This document shows, piece by piece, positions 18,460 to 28,820 of a stretch of 64,000 nt of DNA. This DNA comes from Candidatus Omnitrophota bacterium (GTDB lineage Bacteria; Omnitrophota; Gorgyraeia; 2-02-FULL-51-18). The position numbers were made by a program, and so were the translations under genes. The number at the start of each line of letters is the position of its first letter. Within the stretch, counting starts at the first letter, position 1. Below the pieces are notes generated by a model, which was not told the DNA's origin, ran no database searches, and worked only from the letters and a program-made list of their open reading frames with translations. The stretch covers positions 44,558-108,557 of the forward strand of contig CAMDWQ010000004.1 of NCBI GenBank assembly GCA_945877765.1, written 5' to 3'.

Positions 18460-19245
18460 TTATTTGTCCTTTAACCCTGCCGCTTCTTTTAACTTCCGAA
18501 CTTCATCGGGCTTGAGTTCTCTTTTTTCTCCGGGCTTCATCGTCCCCAGAGACAGTGTCCCATAATCCGTGCGCTCAAGGTCGATGACGCGGTGGCCGAT
18601 GCTTTCAAAGAGACGGCGGATTTGGCGTTTTTTGCCTTCATGAAGGACGACGCGAAGCCAGGTTTCTTTGGGGCCGATTTTTTCGATGTCGATTTTGCAG
18701 GGAGCGGTCATATCCTCTTGGAGCACGACGCCTTTTTCAAGACGTTTGATGCTTTGTTCGGCGACAACGCCGCGAACCCGAACATGGTATCTTTTTTTGA
18801 CGCCAAATTTGGGATGCGTCAGGCGAAATGACAACTCCCCATCGTTGGTCATGAGAATCAAACCAGTCGTATCGCGGTCCAGGCGGCCTACGGGAAATAA
18901 GCGTTCGGGTACACCCTCAAAAAATTCAGCCACCGTATGCTCGGCGTGCGGATCTTGCATGGTCGTCATCACATTTTTGGGTTTATAAAATACGAAATAT
19001 CTTTTTTGCTGGAAGGCGTCGCGGGTGACTTCCTGCTCACTGACCTTGATTTGATCTTTTTTGGCGTCTACGCGGAAACCTTTTTCGCGCACCACTTCTC
19101 CATTGACGGTGACTTTTCCCTCTTCAATTAGAGACACCACACCGCGGCGGCTGGCAATGCCAAAACGAGCCAACACGACTTGCAGGCGCTCGGTGCCGGG
19201 CTTGGGAGGTTGTTTTTTATACTCTTCTTGATTATTCTCGGGCAT
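18460..19245 (-). CDS. rluB: rRNA pseudouridine synthase, RsuA/RluB family with S4 domain
   Basis: S4 segment LQVVLARFGIASRR. Catalytic RLDRDTTGLILMTNDG. Confidence 0.8.
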   Translation of the reverse strand: MPENNQEEYKKQPPKPGTERLQVVLARFGIASRRGVVSLIEEGKVTVNGEVVREKGFRVDAKKDQIKVSEQEVTRDAFQQKRYFVFYKPKNVMTTMQDPHAEHTVAEFFEGVPERLFPVGRLDRDTTGLILMTNDGELSFRLTHPKFGVKKRYHVRVRGVVAEQSIKRLEKGVVLQEDMTAPCKIDIEKIGPKETWLRVVLHEGKKRQIRRLFESIGHRVIDLERTDYGTLSLGTMKPGEKRELKPDEVRKLKEAAGLKDK

Positions 19246-21080
19246 CAGTCTGCCTGGCGTTTGACGCGCTTTCTTTGATTGGGATCTAAAAGACGTTTGC
19301 GTAGACGAATATTCTTGGGAGTTGCTTCCACCAATTCATCAGGACCGATGTATTCAATCGCCAATTCCAGATTTAATTCACGGGGAGGTGTCAGCACCAA
19401 GGCGTCGTCCGACCCGGAAGAGCGCATGTTGCTTAACTTTTTGGTTTTGCAAGGGCTAATATCCATATCCTCATCACGGGCATTTTCCCCGATAATCATA
19501 CCGACATAGACTTCCACGCCAGCAGGAATGTAGAGGTCTCCCCGCTCCTGGGCATTACAAAGACCATACGCATTGGACTCACCGGCTTCACTGGCAATGA
19601 GAGATCCGTGTGGTAATACGCTAAAACCACCTTCCTGCATTTCGCGATACTCATCAAACACGTGGTGCAAGATAGCGGTGCCGCGAGTTTTGGTCATCAA
19701 AGCACCCTTAAGACCAATGACACCGCGTGTTGAAATTTGATATTCCAAATGCAATTCGCCGGTGGGTGTCTGACTCATATTTTTTAAAACCGCCTTGCGG
19801 CGCCCTACTTCTTCGATGATAGCGCCTTGGTAGCTGACAGGCACATCGATGACTAAAAATTCAAAAGGCTCCTGCTTGACCCCGTCCTTTTCATGCATGA
19901 TCACCTGGGGCTGGGATACCTGAAGCTCAAAACCCTCACGGCGCATCGTTTCAATCAAGATAGCCAAATGAAGCTCTCCTCGTCCCGAAACCAGAAAAGT
20001 GTCAGCCGCCTCCGTCTCAGCCACGCGCAAAGACACGTTGGTTTCCAACTCGCGAAAAAGGCGGTCGCGAATCATTCGAGAGGTCACGTACTTGCCTTCG
20101 CGTCCGGCAAATGGACTGGTATTCACACCAAATGTCATCTGAACCGTCGGCTCATCGATCTGAAGCGGCGGTAATGGGGCTGGATTAATGGGATCGGTGA
20201 TTGTCTCTCCGATGCCGATACGCTCAAAGCCAGCCACCGCCACAATATCTCCCGCTTCGACCCGCTCTACTTCCACGCGGTCCAAACCGGAGTACACCAG
20301 AAGATTGGTCACTTTTGAAACCGTCTGCGTGCCATCACGGCGAACAAGAAGGGCGCTGTCTCCTTTTTGGATGACACCACCGGTAATCTTGCCTATTCCC
20401 ATCTTCCCCTTGTAAGCGTCCTGAAATAGAGCCAACACTAAAAGCTGGAAAGGATCTTCGACCTTGGCTGTCGGCGCCGGCACTTTTTCAATAATAACAT
20501 CCAAAAGCGCGTTAATGTTTTTAGAGGGATTTTTCATATCGGTTGTCGCGGTCCCTTGAAGCGCAGACGCATAGACAATGGGGAAATCTAGCTGTTCGGG
20601 AGTGGCATTTAATTCGCAAAAAAGATCAAATGTGCGATTTTCTACATCCTCAATCTGTGAATCGGGGCGATCCACTTTATTGATGACGACAATGGCGCGA
20701 TGCCCCAACTCTAAAGCTTTTCTCAAAACAAAACGCGTCTGCGGCATGGGCCCATCTTTGGCGTCAATCACCAGAAGCACGCCGTCCACCATGCGCAACG
20801 TGCGTTCAACCTCGCCTCCAAAATCCGCGTGTCCCGGCGTGTCCACAATGTTAATTTTGACATCCTTGTAAATGACGCTGGCATTTTTGGCGCGAATCGT
20901 AATCCCGCGCTCGCGCTCTAAATCCATCGAGTCCATGACGCGCTCGCCCATTTCCTGAATATTGCGATGCACATGCGTCTGGCGCAAAATCGCGTCCACC
21001 AGCGTAGTCTTGCCGTGATCAACGTGAGCGATAATGGCTATATTTCTAAGTTTTTGCTGACCCATAAATGTGGTTTTCAT
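19245..21080 (-). CDS. typA: Translational GTPase TypA/BipA
   Basis: [25 protein letters not shown]-motifs. 611 aa. Overlaps the rluB start by 1 nt. Confidence 0.9.
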   Translation of the reverse strand: MKTTFMGQQKLRNIAIIAHVDHGKTTLVDAILRQTHVHRNIQEMGERVMDSMDLERERGITIRAKNASVIYKDVKINIVDTPGHADFGGEVERTLRMVDGVLLVIDAKDGPMPQTRFVLRKALELGHRAIVVINKVDRPDSQIEDVENRTFDLFCELNATPEQLDFPIVYASALQGTATTDMKNPSKNINALLDVIIEKVPAPTAKVEDPFQLLVLALFQDAYKGKMGIGKITGGVIQKGDSALLVRRDGTQTVSKVTNLLVYSGLDRVEVERVEAGDIVAVAGFERIGIGETITDPINPAPLPPLQIDEPTVQMTFGVNTSPFAGREGKYVTSRMIRDRLFRELETNVSLRVAETEAADTFLVSGRGELHLAILIETMRREGFELQVSQPQVIMHEKDGVKQEPFEFLVIDVPVSYQGAIIEEVGRRKAVLKNMSQTPTGELHLEYQISTRGVIGLKGALMTKTRGTAILHHVFDEYREMQEGGFSVLPHGSLIASEAGESNAYGLCNAQERGDLYIPAGVEVYVGMIIGENARDEDMDISPCKTKKLSNMRSSGSDDALVLTPPRELNLELAIEYIGPDELVEATPKNIRLRKRLLDPNQRKRVKRQAD

Positions 21081-21236
21081 TTCCCTTTAAGATGATTAAA
21101 AATAAAAAGACCGCGGAGAAGCCCAAATCCGCAGTCTAAAAGTTTACTTCCTAATTGGCAAGCATGAATGACAAGGATTTTCTGCAGTAATCATACCAGA
21201 CGACCTGGTTAAGTCAAGAAAAATTAAGCTCCTTGG

Positions 21237-22235
21237 ATGGGTTTATCTGCTATCATAACCGCGATGCTAAAACTCAAATCTCTCGAACTTAAATCCAATG
21301 TCATCTCATCGCCTATGGCGGCGTGCACCGATTTAGCCTACCGCTTAATTTCCCGTGAGTATGGGCTGGAATTCTGCTTCTTAGAGATGGTAGCCGCCGA
21401 ATCTTTGATTCGCGACAACCGAGCCACCCAAGAACTAATGAAAACGATTCCCCAAGACAAGCCTCTAGGCGCTCAGCTAGTAGGATGCCGCGCCGAGGCC
21501 ATGGGAGAAGCCGCGGGAATCGTCGAAAGCCTTGGTTACGACCTTCTAGATTTGAACCTAGGCTGCCCCGTCCCTAAAGTTGCAGGCAAAGGCGCCGGCT
21601 CCGCTCTCTTGGCCCGCCCCGATGAATGCCGCGCCATCTTTACTGCTGTTACCAAAAATGTTAAAAAAATCCCCGTCACGGTCAAAATGCGTCTAGGTGT
21701 CTCCGATGCCTCCGGAAACGAAGCGGCGCGCGTGGCTAAAATTGCAGAGGAATGCGGGATTACTGCTGTCTCCGTTCACGGCCGCACCCGTGTGCAAGGT
21801 TATTCGGGGAGTGCTGATTACCACGCCATCCGCCGCGTCAAAGAAGCGGTCAATATCCCCGTCATTGGCAATGGAGATGTCCTAAACGGCCACGATGCGC
21901 AAAGAATGCTTGATATCACCGGCTGTGATGGTGTCATGATCGGCCGCGGAGGCCTCGGAAACCCGTGGATATTTAAGAGTGTTGAAAACGTCATCGCCGG
22001 CAAAGGCGCTTTACCGGAGCCTTCCAGCGATGATAAAAAGAAAGCGCTCCTGCGCCATATGGAGCTTGAGCTTCTATACCGGGAAGAACGTACGGTTCTG
22101 GTTTATATGCGGCGTATTGCCGCTTGGTACTTTAAGGGCCTTGCCGGGGCGGTAGAATTTCGAGGGAAGCTCAACGTCACACAGACAATTCCGCAGATAC
22201 GTGAATTGATCCTGAATTTTTCGTCTACCGGCTAA
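21237..22235 (+). CDS. dus: tRNA-dihydrouridine synthase
   Basis: PMAACTDLAYR...DLNLGCP...VKMRLG Dus TIM-barrel motifs. The true start may be the internal Met at 21267. Confidence 0.8.
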   Translation: MGLSAIITAMLKLKSLELKSNVISSPMAACTDLAYRLISREYGLEFCFLEMVAAESLIRDNRATQELMKTIPQDKPLGAQLVGCRAEAMGEAAGIVESLGYDLLDLNLGCPVPKVAGKGAGSALLARPDECRAIFTAVTKNVKKIPVTVKMRLGVSDASGNEAARVAKIAEECGITAVSVHGRTRVQGYSGSADYHAIRRVKEAVNIPVIGNGDVLNGHDAQRMLDITGCDGVMIGRGGLGNPWIFKSVENVIAGKGALPEPSSDDKKKALLRHMELELLYREERTVLVYMRRIAAWYFKGLAGAVEFRGKLNVTQTIPQIRELILNFSSTG

Positions 22236-22698
22236 TTTTTAGGACCTTGTACTTCAGCACTCCGGCAGGAATTTTTATTTCGGTCATATCCCCCACCTTT
22301 AATCCCAAAAGGCCTTTGGCGATCGGCGAGGTCACTGAAATCTTGCCAGAATCAAAATCCGCTTCGTCTTGAGGAACGATGGAATAAGTAAATTCGTCCT
22401 GGTTTTTTAAATCCTTAAGCAGAACCTTGGCCCCAATAAATACCTGATCCTTGGGAATCTTGGATTCATCGATAATCTGTACACGCGCCAGTTTATCGCT
22501 AGTCGTCGCGATACGGCTCTCGTTTAGGGCTTGACTGTTTTTGGCGGCATCATATTCGGCATTTTCCTTCAAGTCGCCAAAAGCACGTGCTTTGGCGATG
22601 TCGTCGGCAATCTCGCGACGCTTCGTCGTCTTTAGATACTCGAGTTCTTTGACTAGCTTGTCAAAACCCTCACGGGACATCGGTACTCTGTCGTCCAT
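22225..22698 (-). CDS. greA: Transcription elongation factor GreA
   Basis: 157 aa. N-terminal coiled-coil region and FKBP-like C-terminal domain. Convergent 11-nt overlap with dus. Confidence 0.85.
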   Translation of the reverse strand: MDDRVPMSREGFDKLVKELEYLKTTKRREIADDIAKARAFGDLKENAEYDAAKNSQALNESRIATTSDKLARVQIIDESKIPKDQVFIGAKVLLKDLKNQDEFTYSIVPQDEADFDSGKISVTSPIAKGLLGLKVGDMTEIKIPAGVLKYKVLKISR

Positions 22699-22733
22699 TA
22701 TTTCTCCTAAGAATTGGTCACTCCGAGCCTATT

Positions 22734-22794
22734 GTCATTCCCGCGAAGGCGGGAATCTGTATTAAACGCAGATCCTCACTTTCGTGAGGATGAC
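22734..22794 (+). repeat. MITE-like double-hairpin element, family 1, divergent copy D with compensatory stem changes
   Basis: GTCATTCCCGCGAAGGCGGGAAT...GATCCTCACTTTCGTGAGGATGAC. Same terminal GTCAT/ATGAC ends and two-hairpin layout. Both stems are re-paired with different bases. Confidence 0.55.
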
Positions 22795-22821
22795 AACTTA
22801 GAACAGAATAAAAGATTTTGA

Positions 22822-23388
22822 CTATTTTATCAACCGATTAATCTTTTTGAGCCTTTCAACAGGCAGACCGACGGCATTGGAAAAAGAACCACTCACTTCT
22901 CGCACAATCCCGCCCTTTTTAACCTGGATCGCATAGGCCCCCGCTTTATCCAGGGGATTTACTTTTTTAAAATAAAGATTAATCTCTTTGCGGCTCATGG
23001 GGAGCAGAAGGACCTTTGTTTTTTCAACCATCACCACACGCCTCTTGATCTTGCCCGCAAGCATCTCCAGCAGAACCATCCCCGTATAAACTTCATGCCA
23101 TTGCCCCTGGAGTGACATAAGGATGTCAAAAGCGTTTTTCATATTCTTGGGTTTACCGATGATCTTTTTCTTAAAATAAACCACAGTGTCAGCGGACAAT
23201 ATCTTTCCATCAGCAATTAAACGGGACGCGGAAAGCGCTTTTCCCAAAGCATGAATCCTCACCAACTTTACTGGGCCTGCACCCGAAATATTTTTTTCAA
23301 CATAGGCCGGTTTTAGAATTTTAAAACACACTCCCAGATCTTTTAAAATTTTCTTTCGCCGTGGCGATGTGGAGGCTAGATAAATCAT
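22822..23388 (-). CDS. maf: Maf-like nucleoside-triphosphate pyrophosphatase
   Basis: N-terminal IYLASTSPRR. 188 aa. Confidence 0.8.
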   Translation of the reverse strand: MIYLASTSPRRKKILKDLGVCFKILKPAYVEKNISGAGPVKLVRIHALGKALSASRLIADGKILSADTVVYFKKKIIGKPKNMKNAFDILMSLQGQWHEVYTGMVLLEMLAGKIKRRVVMVEKTKVLLLPMSRKEINLYFKKVNPLDKAGAYAIQVKKGGIVREVSGSFSNAVGLPVERLKKINRLIK

Positions 23389-24639
23389 TTATGAGAGACT
23401 TCGCACCGCGCTGCGCCCGGCCAGCGTTCCTGAAGACCAAGCCCACTGGAAATTAAACCCCCCGATGCGGCCGTCAACATCCAGAATCTCTCCCGAAAAA
23501 TAAAGCCCCGGCACCAACTTTGACTGCATCGTGGAAAATCGGACCTCTTCCAAACTCACACCGCCGGCAGTCACCTCCGCTTTTTTGTATCCGGTGACCC
23601 CTGTCACATTCAAAGGTGACTCGCGTAAAAGTCGAAGCAACTTTCTTTTATTTACCAATGAAAGTTTTGAAAATGCCGAAAGCTGTCCCAAATTATTTCT
23701 TTGGAGAAACACATCCAAAAAACTATCCGGCAGTAGGAATTCATCGGATAAAAAATGTTTCAAGGATTGTCCTGAGCCGTTTCTAGACAAGATTAAATTT
23801 TGCAAGGACTCCTCGGTGCTACCGGGAATAAAATTGGCAAAAATTTCTGGTTTCTCTTGGGCCGGGCACGCGGCAAAGTGGCGCGAAATATCCAAAGCCG
23901 CCGGGCCACTAAATCCAAAATGAGTAAATAAGAATGAGCCCCGGGCCGAGGCCTGTTTCTTCCCATTTCTAAAAAATGAAAGCTCTGCCTCCAAAGTCAC
24001 CCCCGAAAGAGACTGCCAATCCTTATCTTCTGATAAGAGAGGGGTTAGCGCGGGATAAGTGGGGATAATCGTATGCCCAAAGTGCTCAGCGAATCTAAAG
24101 CCGGCGCCGTCACTCCCTGTCTCGGGAAGAGAAAGGCCTCCCGTCGCCAAGATCACGCGCCGCGCCCAAAGAAGATTTTCGGAATTTTCCTTCAGAGAAA
24201 ACAGAGCATCCTTTTTTCGTACCCCTTCAATCCGGTGGCCCGTTTTTAGGACGACCCCCAGACGATCTGACTCCTTCATTAGCGCTTCTAAAACCGTTTT
24301 ACCGGAGTGTGTCACGGGAAAATATTTCCCGGTAGGCTCAAGAATTAGCTCCACACCAATCTCTCTAAAAAAATTGATCGTTTGCGTGGGGGTAAACGCT
24401 TCTAGGACGTGCTTTACAAAATGGCGCGGTCCCCCTTGATAATCGGAAGGCAGAACACGCTCATTGGTCACATTGCAACGTGTCCCGCCGGAAACTAGGA
24501 TCTTCGCGCCAATCTTCTGGCGTGAATCCAAAAGAAGAATAGTGGCGGAAGGATTGTTTTGTTTGGCTGTGATCGCTGCCAAAAGACCGGCCGCTCCAGC
24601 ACCGACGACAACGACATCGGCTATAGGTCCTGTCTTCAT
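23389..24639 (-). CDS. HI0933/BaiN-family NAD(P)/FAD-dependent flavoprotein
   Basis: VVVGAGAAGLLAA dinucleotide-binding motif. 416 aa. Confidence 0.7.
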   Translation of the reverse strand: MKTGPIADVVVVGAGAAGLLAAITAKQNNPSATILLLDSRQKIGAKILVSGGTRCNVTNERVLPSDYQGGPRHFVKHVLEAFTPTQTINFFREIGVELILEPTGKYFPVTHSGKTVLEALMKESDRLGVVLKTGHRIEGVRKKDALFSLKENSENLLWARRVILATGGLSLPETGSDGAGFRFAEHFGHTIIPTYPALTPLLSEDKDWQSLSGVTLEAELSFFRNGKKQASARGSFLFTHFGFSGPAALDISRHFAACPAQEKPEIFANFIPGSTEESLQNLILSRNGSGQSLKHFLSDEFLLPDSFLDVFLQRNNLGQLSAFSKLSLVNKRKLLRLLRESPLNVTGVTGYKKAEVTAGGVSLEEVRFSTMQSKLVPGLYFSGEILDVDGRIGGFNFQWAWSSGTLAGRSAVRSLS

Positions 24640-24646
24640 TTAAAGA

Positions 24647-25510
24647 TTAAGAGGAGATACGGTTTTGTGTCGCGCGCACTGAGCCTAGATTTGCTAGGTG
24701 CTTGATGTCAATCCAGGGATCCGTGGAACTGAGCATAGCGAAAGTGAACGCTTTGGGCGATGTGTAGTTGGTTCCCATGAAGGTATGGCGGGAAGCCAGC
24801 GTCCATCCGGTTTTCCCTTTCACAAGCCCTGGCGCCTTCCATAGCATTTTATTGTGGCATCTTAACGGAATTTCACGGCCATTGCTTCCGCAAATCACGG
24901 TGCCTGTGAGGGCCATCATCTCATCAATGCGACGGTCACGTGAGGCATACCACATTAAACGTGAAAGATCGTAAGCTGTCGAGTATTGCCGCTTGTCAGA
25001 CTTTGAATTTTTAACAGGCAAACCGGTGGCGTTGATAAAATGAGTGTTCTTCATTCCCAGCTTAGCTGCTTTTTCATTCATCAATTTTGCAAAAGCCGAT
25101 TCTCCGCCTGCCACCGCCTCCGCCAAAGCAACAGCCGCGTCATTGGAGGAGGAAACAAGCGTTGCCGTGATCAGATCACGCACACGATAACGAGTTCCAG
25201 GAACAAGCCCTGCCCTGCTGGGAGCCGCCGCAGCCGCATTCCTGCCAATACGAATTTGCGAGTCCAGCCGCAGCTTTTCCAGCGCTATCATCGCCGTCAT
25301 CACCTTCGTGGTAGAGGCTGGCGGAAGACGTAAATGGGGGTTTTTGGAGAAAAGGATTTCGCCGCTATTCGCATCAATGATCACCGCTGATCGTGCGCTT
25401 AAAGAGATTGAACGGTAGGAACGAGCGAAAACATCTGAAGAAGCTAAAAAAAACGTGGTAAATACCAGGACAAGAGATAGTGCCCGCAAAAGTCTAGTTT
25501 TGATAATCAC
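24647..25510 (-). CDS. D-alanyl-D-alanine carboxypeptidase (S11 / PBP5-DacA-like)
   Basis: Signal peptide. SxxK motif PPASTTK. SxN-like SSN. Confidence 0.75.
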   Translation of the reverse strand: MIIKTRLLRALSLVLVFTTFFLASSDVFARSYRSISLSARSAVIIDANSGEILFSKNPHLRLPPASTTKVMTAMIALEKLRLDSQIRIGRNAAAAAPSRAGLVPGTRYRVRDLITATLVSSSNDAAVALAEAVAGGESAFAKLMNEKAAKLGMKNTHFINATGLPVKNSKSDKRQYSTAYDLSRLMWYASRDRRIDEMMALTGTVICGSNGREIPLRCHNKMLWKAPGLVKGKTGWTLASRHTFMGTNYTSPKAFTFAMLSSTDPWIDIKHLANLGSVRATQNRISS

Positions 25511-25512
25511 GT

Positions 25513-25944
25513 TTAAAAGCGCGTGCTTACATTCGGATCGCCGCTCTCGCTGAAGTTGAGGGCACTTGAGCCTGTCTGATAAAGCTCGGGCTTGGTATCA
25601 TTGTCATTCATCCAACTGCTGACAGAGCGGATTTCCACATCTGAGCTTGAAACCTGGACATTGGGACCTTTTTTTCTGACGAGTTCATCCTTGGAGTAAA
25701 TACCTTCCGCACCGGCAGGCGCGGCCCACAAAAAAATAAAAGACAACGCCGCAGCCGCTGTCTTTTTTCTCAAATTACCGATACGCGAGGCACCGCTCTC
25801 ATCCACCAGAAGATGTTTCTTTCCCAAACGATCGCGGGTAAACGCCTTAGCTTCGTGAACTTCGCCTTCAGGCACTTCAACAAAATTGTGAATGCTCATA
25901 TGCGCCTTAAATTCAAGCTTGTTGAGGGAGCGATGGGTTGACAT
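25513..25944 (-). CDS. Hypothetical protein
   Basis: 143 aa ORF lying 2 nt upstream of the dacA-like gene. One hydrophobic segment. No family recognised. Confidence 0.3.
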   Translation of the reverse strand: MSTHRSLNKLEFKAHMSIHNFVEVPEGEVHEAKAFTRDRLGKKHLLVDESGASRIGNLRKKTAAAALSFIFLWAAPAGAEGIYSKDELVRKKGPNVQVSSSDVEIRSVSSWMNDNDTKPELYQTGSSALNFSESGDPNVSTRF

Positions 25945-26004
25945 GCCCTGTATTTTATCACAAAATTTTTTTTCATAAAAGATTTTATGCTAATATAATA
26001 ATTA

Positions 26005-26226
26005 ATGATGAATAACGAGCCCAATCTCAACAAAGTATGCTCTGTTTGCGGCGCACACGATTCGGTGGATATTGAGACCGTGACGAATGTCATGCCTCAA
26101 CCCGAAGATATGTTCCCGGTGTTATTGTGCAAAAAACACAAGAAAAGCCTGCAAGACAAAACACTCGATATCACGATCGACCCCAGCGGGAAGCTAGTTT
26201 TTGTCCTGAAGAAAAAAACCCTATAA
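26005..26226 (+). CDS. Small Cys/His-containing hypothetical protein (possible zinc ribbon)
   Basis: 73 aa. CSVCG ... CKKHKK. Preceded by an AT-rich region with TATAAT-like boxes. Confidence 0.3.
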   Translation: MMNNEPNLNKVCSVCGAHDSVDIETVTNVMPQPEDMFPVLLCKKHKKSLQDKTLDITIDPSGKLVFVLKKKTL

Positions 26227-26241
26227 CCAACTCTTCCAACC

Positions 26242-26361
26242 AACGCCCCCTAACCCCCTCTTTGCAATAAAGAGGGGGGAGCGTGTTCCCTCCTCTTTAA
26301 ATAAAGCGGGGGAAGATAGTGTGTTCCCCCCTCTTTGCTAAAGAGGGGGCTAGGGGGCGTT
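26242..26361. repeat. MITE-like element, family 2, well-preserved copy with perfect 22-bp TIRs and three internal CCCCTCTTT/AAAGAGGGG hairpins
   Basis: Left TIR AACGCCCCCTAACCCCCTCTTT; right TIR AAAGAGGGGGCTAGGGGGCGTT. Read directly from the sequence. Confidence 0.6.
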
Positions 26362-26368
26362 GGGGTTT

Positions 26369-27079
26369 TTAACTCCCGCCCAAGTAGGCGTTTTTAACAC
26401 TAGGTTCATTCACAAGATCTGAAGCCTTCCCCTCCAAAGCAATTCGCCCTGTTTCAAGCACATAGGCGCGATGAGCAATTTTAAGCGCCATATGAGCATT
26501 TTGCTCCACCAAAAGAATCGTTTTTCCCAGCTTATTTATTTTTTGAATCATCTGAAAAATAGCGGACACATAAATGGGTGCCAATCCCAGCGAAGGCTCA
26601 TCCAGCAAGAGCAGGCTTGGCTGTGACATGAGAGCCCGTCCAATGGCCAGCATCTGCTGCTCGCCTCCCGATAAAGTACCGGCTTTTTGTTTCATTCTTT
26701 TTTTTAAAATGGGGAACAGCTGATAAATTTCTTCAATATCTCTTTGGATTTCAGACTTGTCTAGGCGTATAAAAGCGCCCAACTCAAGATTCTCCAGCAC
26801 ATCCAGTTTTTGGAAAATCTTGCGGCCCTCGGGCGCGTGCGCAATTCCCAATCTTACGATTTCTTCAGGCAAAAGCGCATCGATCGGCTTTTCCTTAAAG
26901 AAAATTTTTCCAGCGGCGGGATGAATAAGCCCGGAAATTGTTTTAAGCGTCGTCGTTTTACCGGCACCATTAGCTCCTAGAAGCGCCACAATCTCCCCCT
27001 CTTTGACCGAGAGAGAGACACCTTCCAAACAACCTACTTTGCCATACCGCGTGTGAATATGCCGCACTTCAAGAAGCAC
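26369..27079 (-). CDS. livF: Branched-chain amino acid ABC transporter ATP-binding protein LivF
   Basis: GANGAGKTT, LSGGEQQ, LLLLDEP motifs. 236 aa. Confidence 0.85.
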   Translation of the reverse strand: MLLEVRHIHTRYGKVGCLEGVSLSVKEGEIVALLGANGAGKTTTLKTISGLIHPAAGKIFFKEKPIDALLPEEIVRLGIAHAPEGRKIFQKLDVLENLELGAFIRLDKSEIQRDIEEIYQLFPILKKRMKQKAGTLSGGEQQMLAIGRALMSQPSLLLLDEPSLGLAPIYVSAIFQMIQKINKLGKTILLVEQNAHMALKIAHRAYVLETGRIALEGKASDLVNEPSVKNAYLGGS

Positions 27080-27843
27080 TATGCCTCCCCCAAATAAGCC
27101 TGAATCACGCGCGGATTTTTCCGGATTTCCTCAGGAGGGCCTTCCGCAATTTTTTTTCCATCATCCATCACCACCACGCGATTTGAAAGCGGCATCACCA
27201 CCTTCATGTCATGCTCAATCAAAAGGACAGCAATGCCCCTTTTTTGAATTTTACGGATAAGATTGGAAATCTCTTCCTTCTCACTGGGATTCATACCCGC
27301 CACCGGCTCGTCCAAGAGAAGCAGCTTGGGCTCTGTTGCCAGAGCGCGGGCAATCTCAAGCCTTTTTTGATTCCCATAGGAAAGATTAGCGGCGATTTCG
27401 TTGCCTTGATTCGCCAGTCCCATCAGGTCTAGAAGACCCATGCCCCGCTTGAACACTTTTTTTTCTTCCACATGAAAACGGCGCGTCCTAAAAAAAGCGG
27501 ACCATAGACTCGATTGGGTCCGCGAATACATCCCGACGGCGATATTTTCAAGAAGTGTCATATTTTTAAAAATTCTCAAATTTTGAAACGTCCGCGCCAG
27601 ACCTTTTTTAAGAATTTTGTCGCTAGAAAGACCTCGAAGGCTCTGCTGGCCACCCTGAAAAAAAATCTCGCCCTCATCGGCTGGCAGGATACCCGTGATG
27701 ACATTAAAAAAAGAAGTTTTTCCCGCTCCGTTGGGGCCAATAAGCCCCACAATCTCACCCTCGTCAACCGACAAACTCATTCCGTCAAGCGCCCGGACAC
27801 CGCCGAAGCGTTTAGAGATTGAGCGCACTTCAAGGAGGGGCAT
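27079..27843 (-). CDS. livG: Branched-chain amino acid ABC transporter ATP-binding protein LivG
   Basis: GPNGAGKTS, LSYGNQKRLEIARAL, LLLLDEP motifs. Start overlaps the livF start region. Confidence 0.85.
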   Translation of the reverse strand: MPLLEVRSISKRFGGVRALDGMSLSVDEGEIVGLIGPNGAGKTSFFNVITGILPADEGEIFFQGGQQSLRGLSSDKILKKGLARTFQNLRIFKNMTLLENIAVGMYSRTQSSLWSAFFRTRRFHVEEKKVFKRGMGLLDLMGLANQGNEIAANLSYGNQKRLEIARALATEPKLLLLDEPVAGMNPSEKEEISNLIRKIQKRGIAVLLIEHDMKVVMPLSNRVVVMDDGKKIAEGPPEEIRKNPRVIQAYLGEA

Positions 27844-27845
27844 TT

Positions 27846-28820
27846 TTAAGATCCCTCTTTGATGGGGCGCGTCAGCTCACGGCGGATGAGCTGCCCCCCA
27901 AGAATCCCCTGGGGACGGAATATCATCACTAGAATCATGAGGACACCGAAAATCAGCATGCGGTAAGCGGCAAACTCACGTAAAATCTCCGGCAAGAAAC
28001 CAAGAACCACAGCCCCTAAGGCCGCGCCCCAGATATTTCCCATCCCGCCGAGGACCACCATGGCTAGAATCAATACCGACAAAATAAAATCAAAACTATC
28101 CGGCGTCACAATTGTCTGCTTGGCGGCAAAAACACAACCCGCTAGACCCGCGATAAATGAGCTTATTCCGAAAGCGCACAGCTTGATCTGCACCACCGGA
28201 ATTCCCATGCAAGAGGCGGCAAGCTCATCCTCCCGGATTGCCACCAGCGCCCGACCAAATTTAGAATCCATCAGGCGAAATAGAAAAAAGGCTATCACTG
28301 CGATGAGGACAAGAACTAAATAAAAATAAGGCAGCGCAGACACGCCGAAACTAATTAGCTCAAAACCAAAATGGCCTTTCCAAGTAGGAGCCCAGATCTT
28401 AGGTCGCTCGATTCCCAAAAGGCCGTTGGGCCCGCCCGTCCAAGCGCTTAAATTATTAAATGCGATTCGCACAATCTCGCCAAAACCCAGCGTGGTAATC
28501 GCTAAGTAATCACCCCGGACACGAATGGCCGGAAGACCGATCACAAAACCAAACCCCATCGCTACAACACCCGAAATAGGAAGCCCTATCCAAAAGGGGG
28601 TATGCGCGTGTAAGGACAACAACGCATACACGTAGGCGCCAATAGCAAAAAAAGCGGCGTAACCCAAATTGAGGAGCCCCGCAAATCCCACGACAACATT
28701 CAGCCCCATTGCCAGAATCACGTAAATTCCGACACCCGTCGCAAGATCCAGATGGTACGCATTTCTATCCAGTAGAGGAAATAGCGCGAGCATCAAAAAA
28801 ATAAAAAAAGGTTTTTTCAT
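27846..28820 (-). CDS. livM: Branched-chain amino acid ABC permease LivM
   Basis: 324 aa polytopic permease. Position in the operon. Confidence 0.8.
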   Translation of the reverse strand: MKKPFFIFLMLALFPLLDRNAYHLDLATGVGIYVILAMGLNVVVGFAGLLNLGYAAFFAIGAYVYALLSLHAHTPFWIGLPISGVVAMGFGFVIGLPAIRVRGDYLAITTLGFGEIVRIAFNNLSAWTGGPNGLLGIERPKIWAPTWKGHFGFELISFGVSALPYFYLVLVLIAVIAFFLFRLMDSKFGRALVAIREDELAASCMGIPVVQIKLCAFGISSFIAGLAGCVFAAKQTIVTPDSFDFILSVLILAMVVLGGMGNIWGAALGAVVLGFLPEILREFAAYRMLIFGVLMILVMIFRPQGILGGQLIRRELTRPIKEGS

